NCBI GenBank assembly: GCA_964345335.1
Contig: CAYFQU010000005.1
Location: 1 to 46,050, forward strand
From: an uncultured Mageeibacillus sp.
GTDB taxonomy: Bacteria; Bacillota; Clostridia; Saccharofermentanales; DTU023
Direction of reading: 5' to 3'
Length of the DNA stretch: 46,050 nucleotides
Shown here: positions 44,991 to 46,050 of the stretch, piece by piece
How the letters are laid out: every line of letters starts with the position of its first letter
How positions within the stretch are numbered: the stretch's first letter is position 1
Notes under the pieces: generated by a model
Databases searched by the model: none
Told to the model about the DNA's origin: nothing
The model's input: the letters and a program-made list of their open reading frames with translations, nothing else
Position numbers and translations under genes: made by a program

Positions 44991-45683
44991 TTAGTCTATT
45001 TTATGGTTTACTTTAATACTAGGACCCATTGAAGAAGATATATAACAGGTTCTGATATATTGACCCTTTGCACCGGACGGTTTTGATTTATACACTGCAT
45101 TCAATAAAGCTAAGAAGTTTTCATTGATTTGTTCTTCTGTAAATGAAACTTTACCGATTGGGCAGTGAATAATGTTTTGGCGATCCAAACGATATTCGAT
45201 TTTACCGGCTTTACTGTCTTGAACAGCCTGCTTGATATCCATTGTTACCGTACCAGCTTTAGGGTTCGGCATCAAACCGTGAGGGCCTAAAATACGACCC
45301 AAGGGACCTACTTTACCCATCATATCCGGACTGGCAATCACAACATCAAAATCCAACCAGTTTTCATTTTTAATTTTGTCGATAATTTCCTGGTCACCAA
45401 TATAATCTGCACCGGCTGCTCTTGCTTCATCAGCTTTTGGTCCTTGTGCAAAAACTAAAACTTTAACATCTTTACCGGTACCATGTGGTAAAACAACTGC
45501 GCCTCTGACCTGTTGATCTGCATATCTGGAGTCAACACCCATGCGCAAATGAACTTCTACCGTTTCATCAAATTTAGCAGACGCGATTTCTTTGACAAGA
45601 GCTGCTGCTTCCGCAGATTCATAAACTTTTTCTGCATCTACTTTCGCAACACTCTCAAGATATCTTTTTCCTCTTTTTGCCAT
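44991..45683 (-). CDS. rplA: 50S ribosomal protein L1
   Basis: 230 aa, canonical (MAKRGKRY..., [30 protein letters not shown]). Confidence 0.96.
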   Translation of the reverse strand: MAKRGKRYLESVAKVDAEKVYESAEAAALVKEIASAKFDETVEVHLRMGVDSRYADQQVRGAVVLPHGTGKDVKVLVFAQGPKADEARAAGADYIGDQEIIDKIKNENWLDFDVVIASPDMMGKVGPLGRILGPHGLMPNPKAGTVTMDIKQAVQDSKAGKIEYRLDRQNIIHCPIGKVSFTEEQINENFLALLNAVYKSKPSGAKGQYIRTCYISSSMGPSIKVNHKID

Positions 45684-45694
45684 GTTTAACTCCT

Positions 45695-46050
45695 TTATTT
45701 ATCCATATCGATGACGATACCCATAGAACGGGCTGTTCCTGCAACCATTCTGGCACCGCTTTCTACACTAGATGCGTTTAAATCCTGCATCTTTAATTCA
45801 GCAATCTTTAAACATTCAGACCAAGGTAATGTTGCAACTTTATTACGATTCGGCTCACCTGATGCAGATTCGAGTTTTGCAGCCTTTTTCAATAAAACTG
45901 CTGCCGGCGGAGTCTTGACAACGAAGGAGAAAGAACGATCTTGATAAACTGTAATTTCAACCGGAACAATCAATCCGATATCTTGTTGTGTTCTTTCATT
46001 AAATTCTTTAACGAATTGAGAAATATTCAATCCGTGTTGTCCAAGAGCTG
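45695..46050 (-). CDS. rplK: 50S ribosomal protein L11 (5' end lies beyond the window)
   Basis: The reading frame stays open to the window edge. The sequence ..[19 protein letters not shown].. to the C-terminal IDMDK is canonical L11. The Met shown in the ORF track is internal. Confidence 0.93.
   Translation of the reverse strand, partial: ALGQHGLNISQFVKEFNERTQQDIGLIVPVEITVYQDRSFSFVVKTPPAAVLLKKAAKLESASGEPNRNKVATLPWSECLKIAELKMQDLNASSVESGARMVAGTARSMGIVIDMDK

Overview
This is a 46-kb chromosomal window from a low-GC Gram-positive (Bacillota-type) genome, and most of it is housekeeping. It contains the cysS-mrnC-rlmB-sigH block, a SAM-I riboswitch with metK, upp, a cluster of RNA-end and tRNA enzymes (THUMP methyltransferase, YhaM-like exonuclease, TcdA, CCA-adding enzyme), and adhE. 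It also holds a five-gene Liv-type branched-chain amino-acid ABC operon, glxK, ispE, an ABC exporter, a P-type ATPase, an OmpR/HisKA two-component pair, serS and rplK-A-J-L. I count about 40 protein genes, two tRNA-Arg genes (one cut by the window edge), one clear riboswitch, a probable L10 leader and several rho-independent terminators. I saw no CRISPR array, transposase, integrase or rRNA. The one non-housekeeping system is a tightly overlapped five-gene Tad/Flp-type (type IVc) pilus-like operon at 7259-12122. Its genes are a TadZ-position protein with no P-loop, a CpaF/TadA ATPase, a fused TadB-TadC platform protein, a 63-aa Flp1-like prepilin, and a cytoplasmic FHA-domain protein with an unrecognised N-terminal region. 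The window holds no prepilin peptidase or TadE/F-like minor pilins, and the operon lies next to an orphan comFC. All calls come from reading the ORF translations and the DNA by eye; no searches or computations were run.
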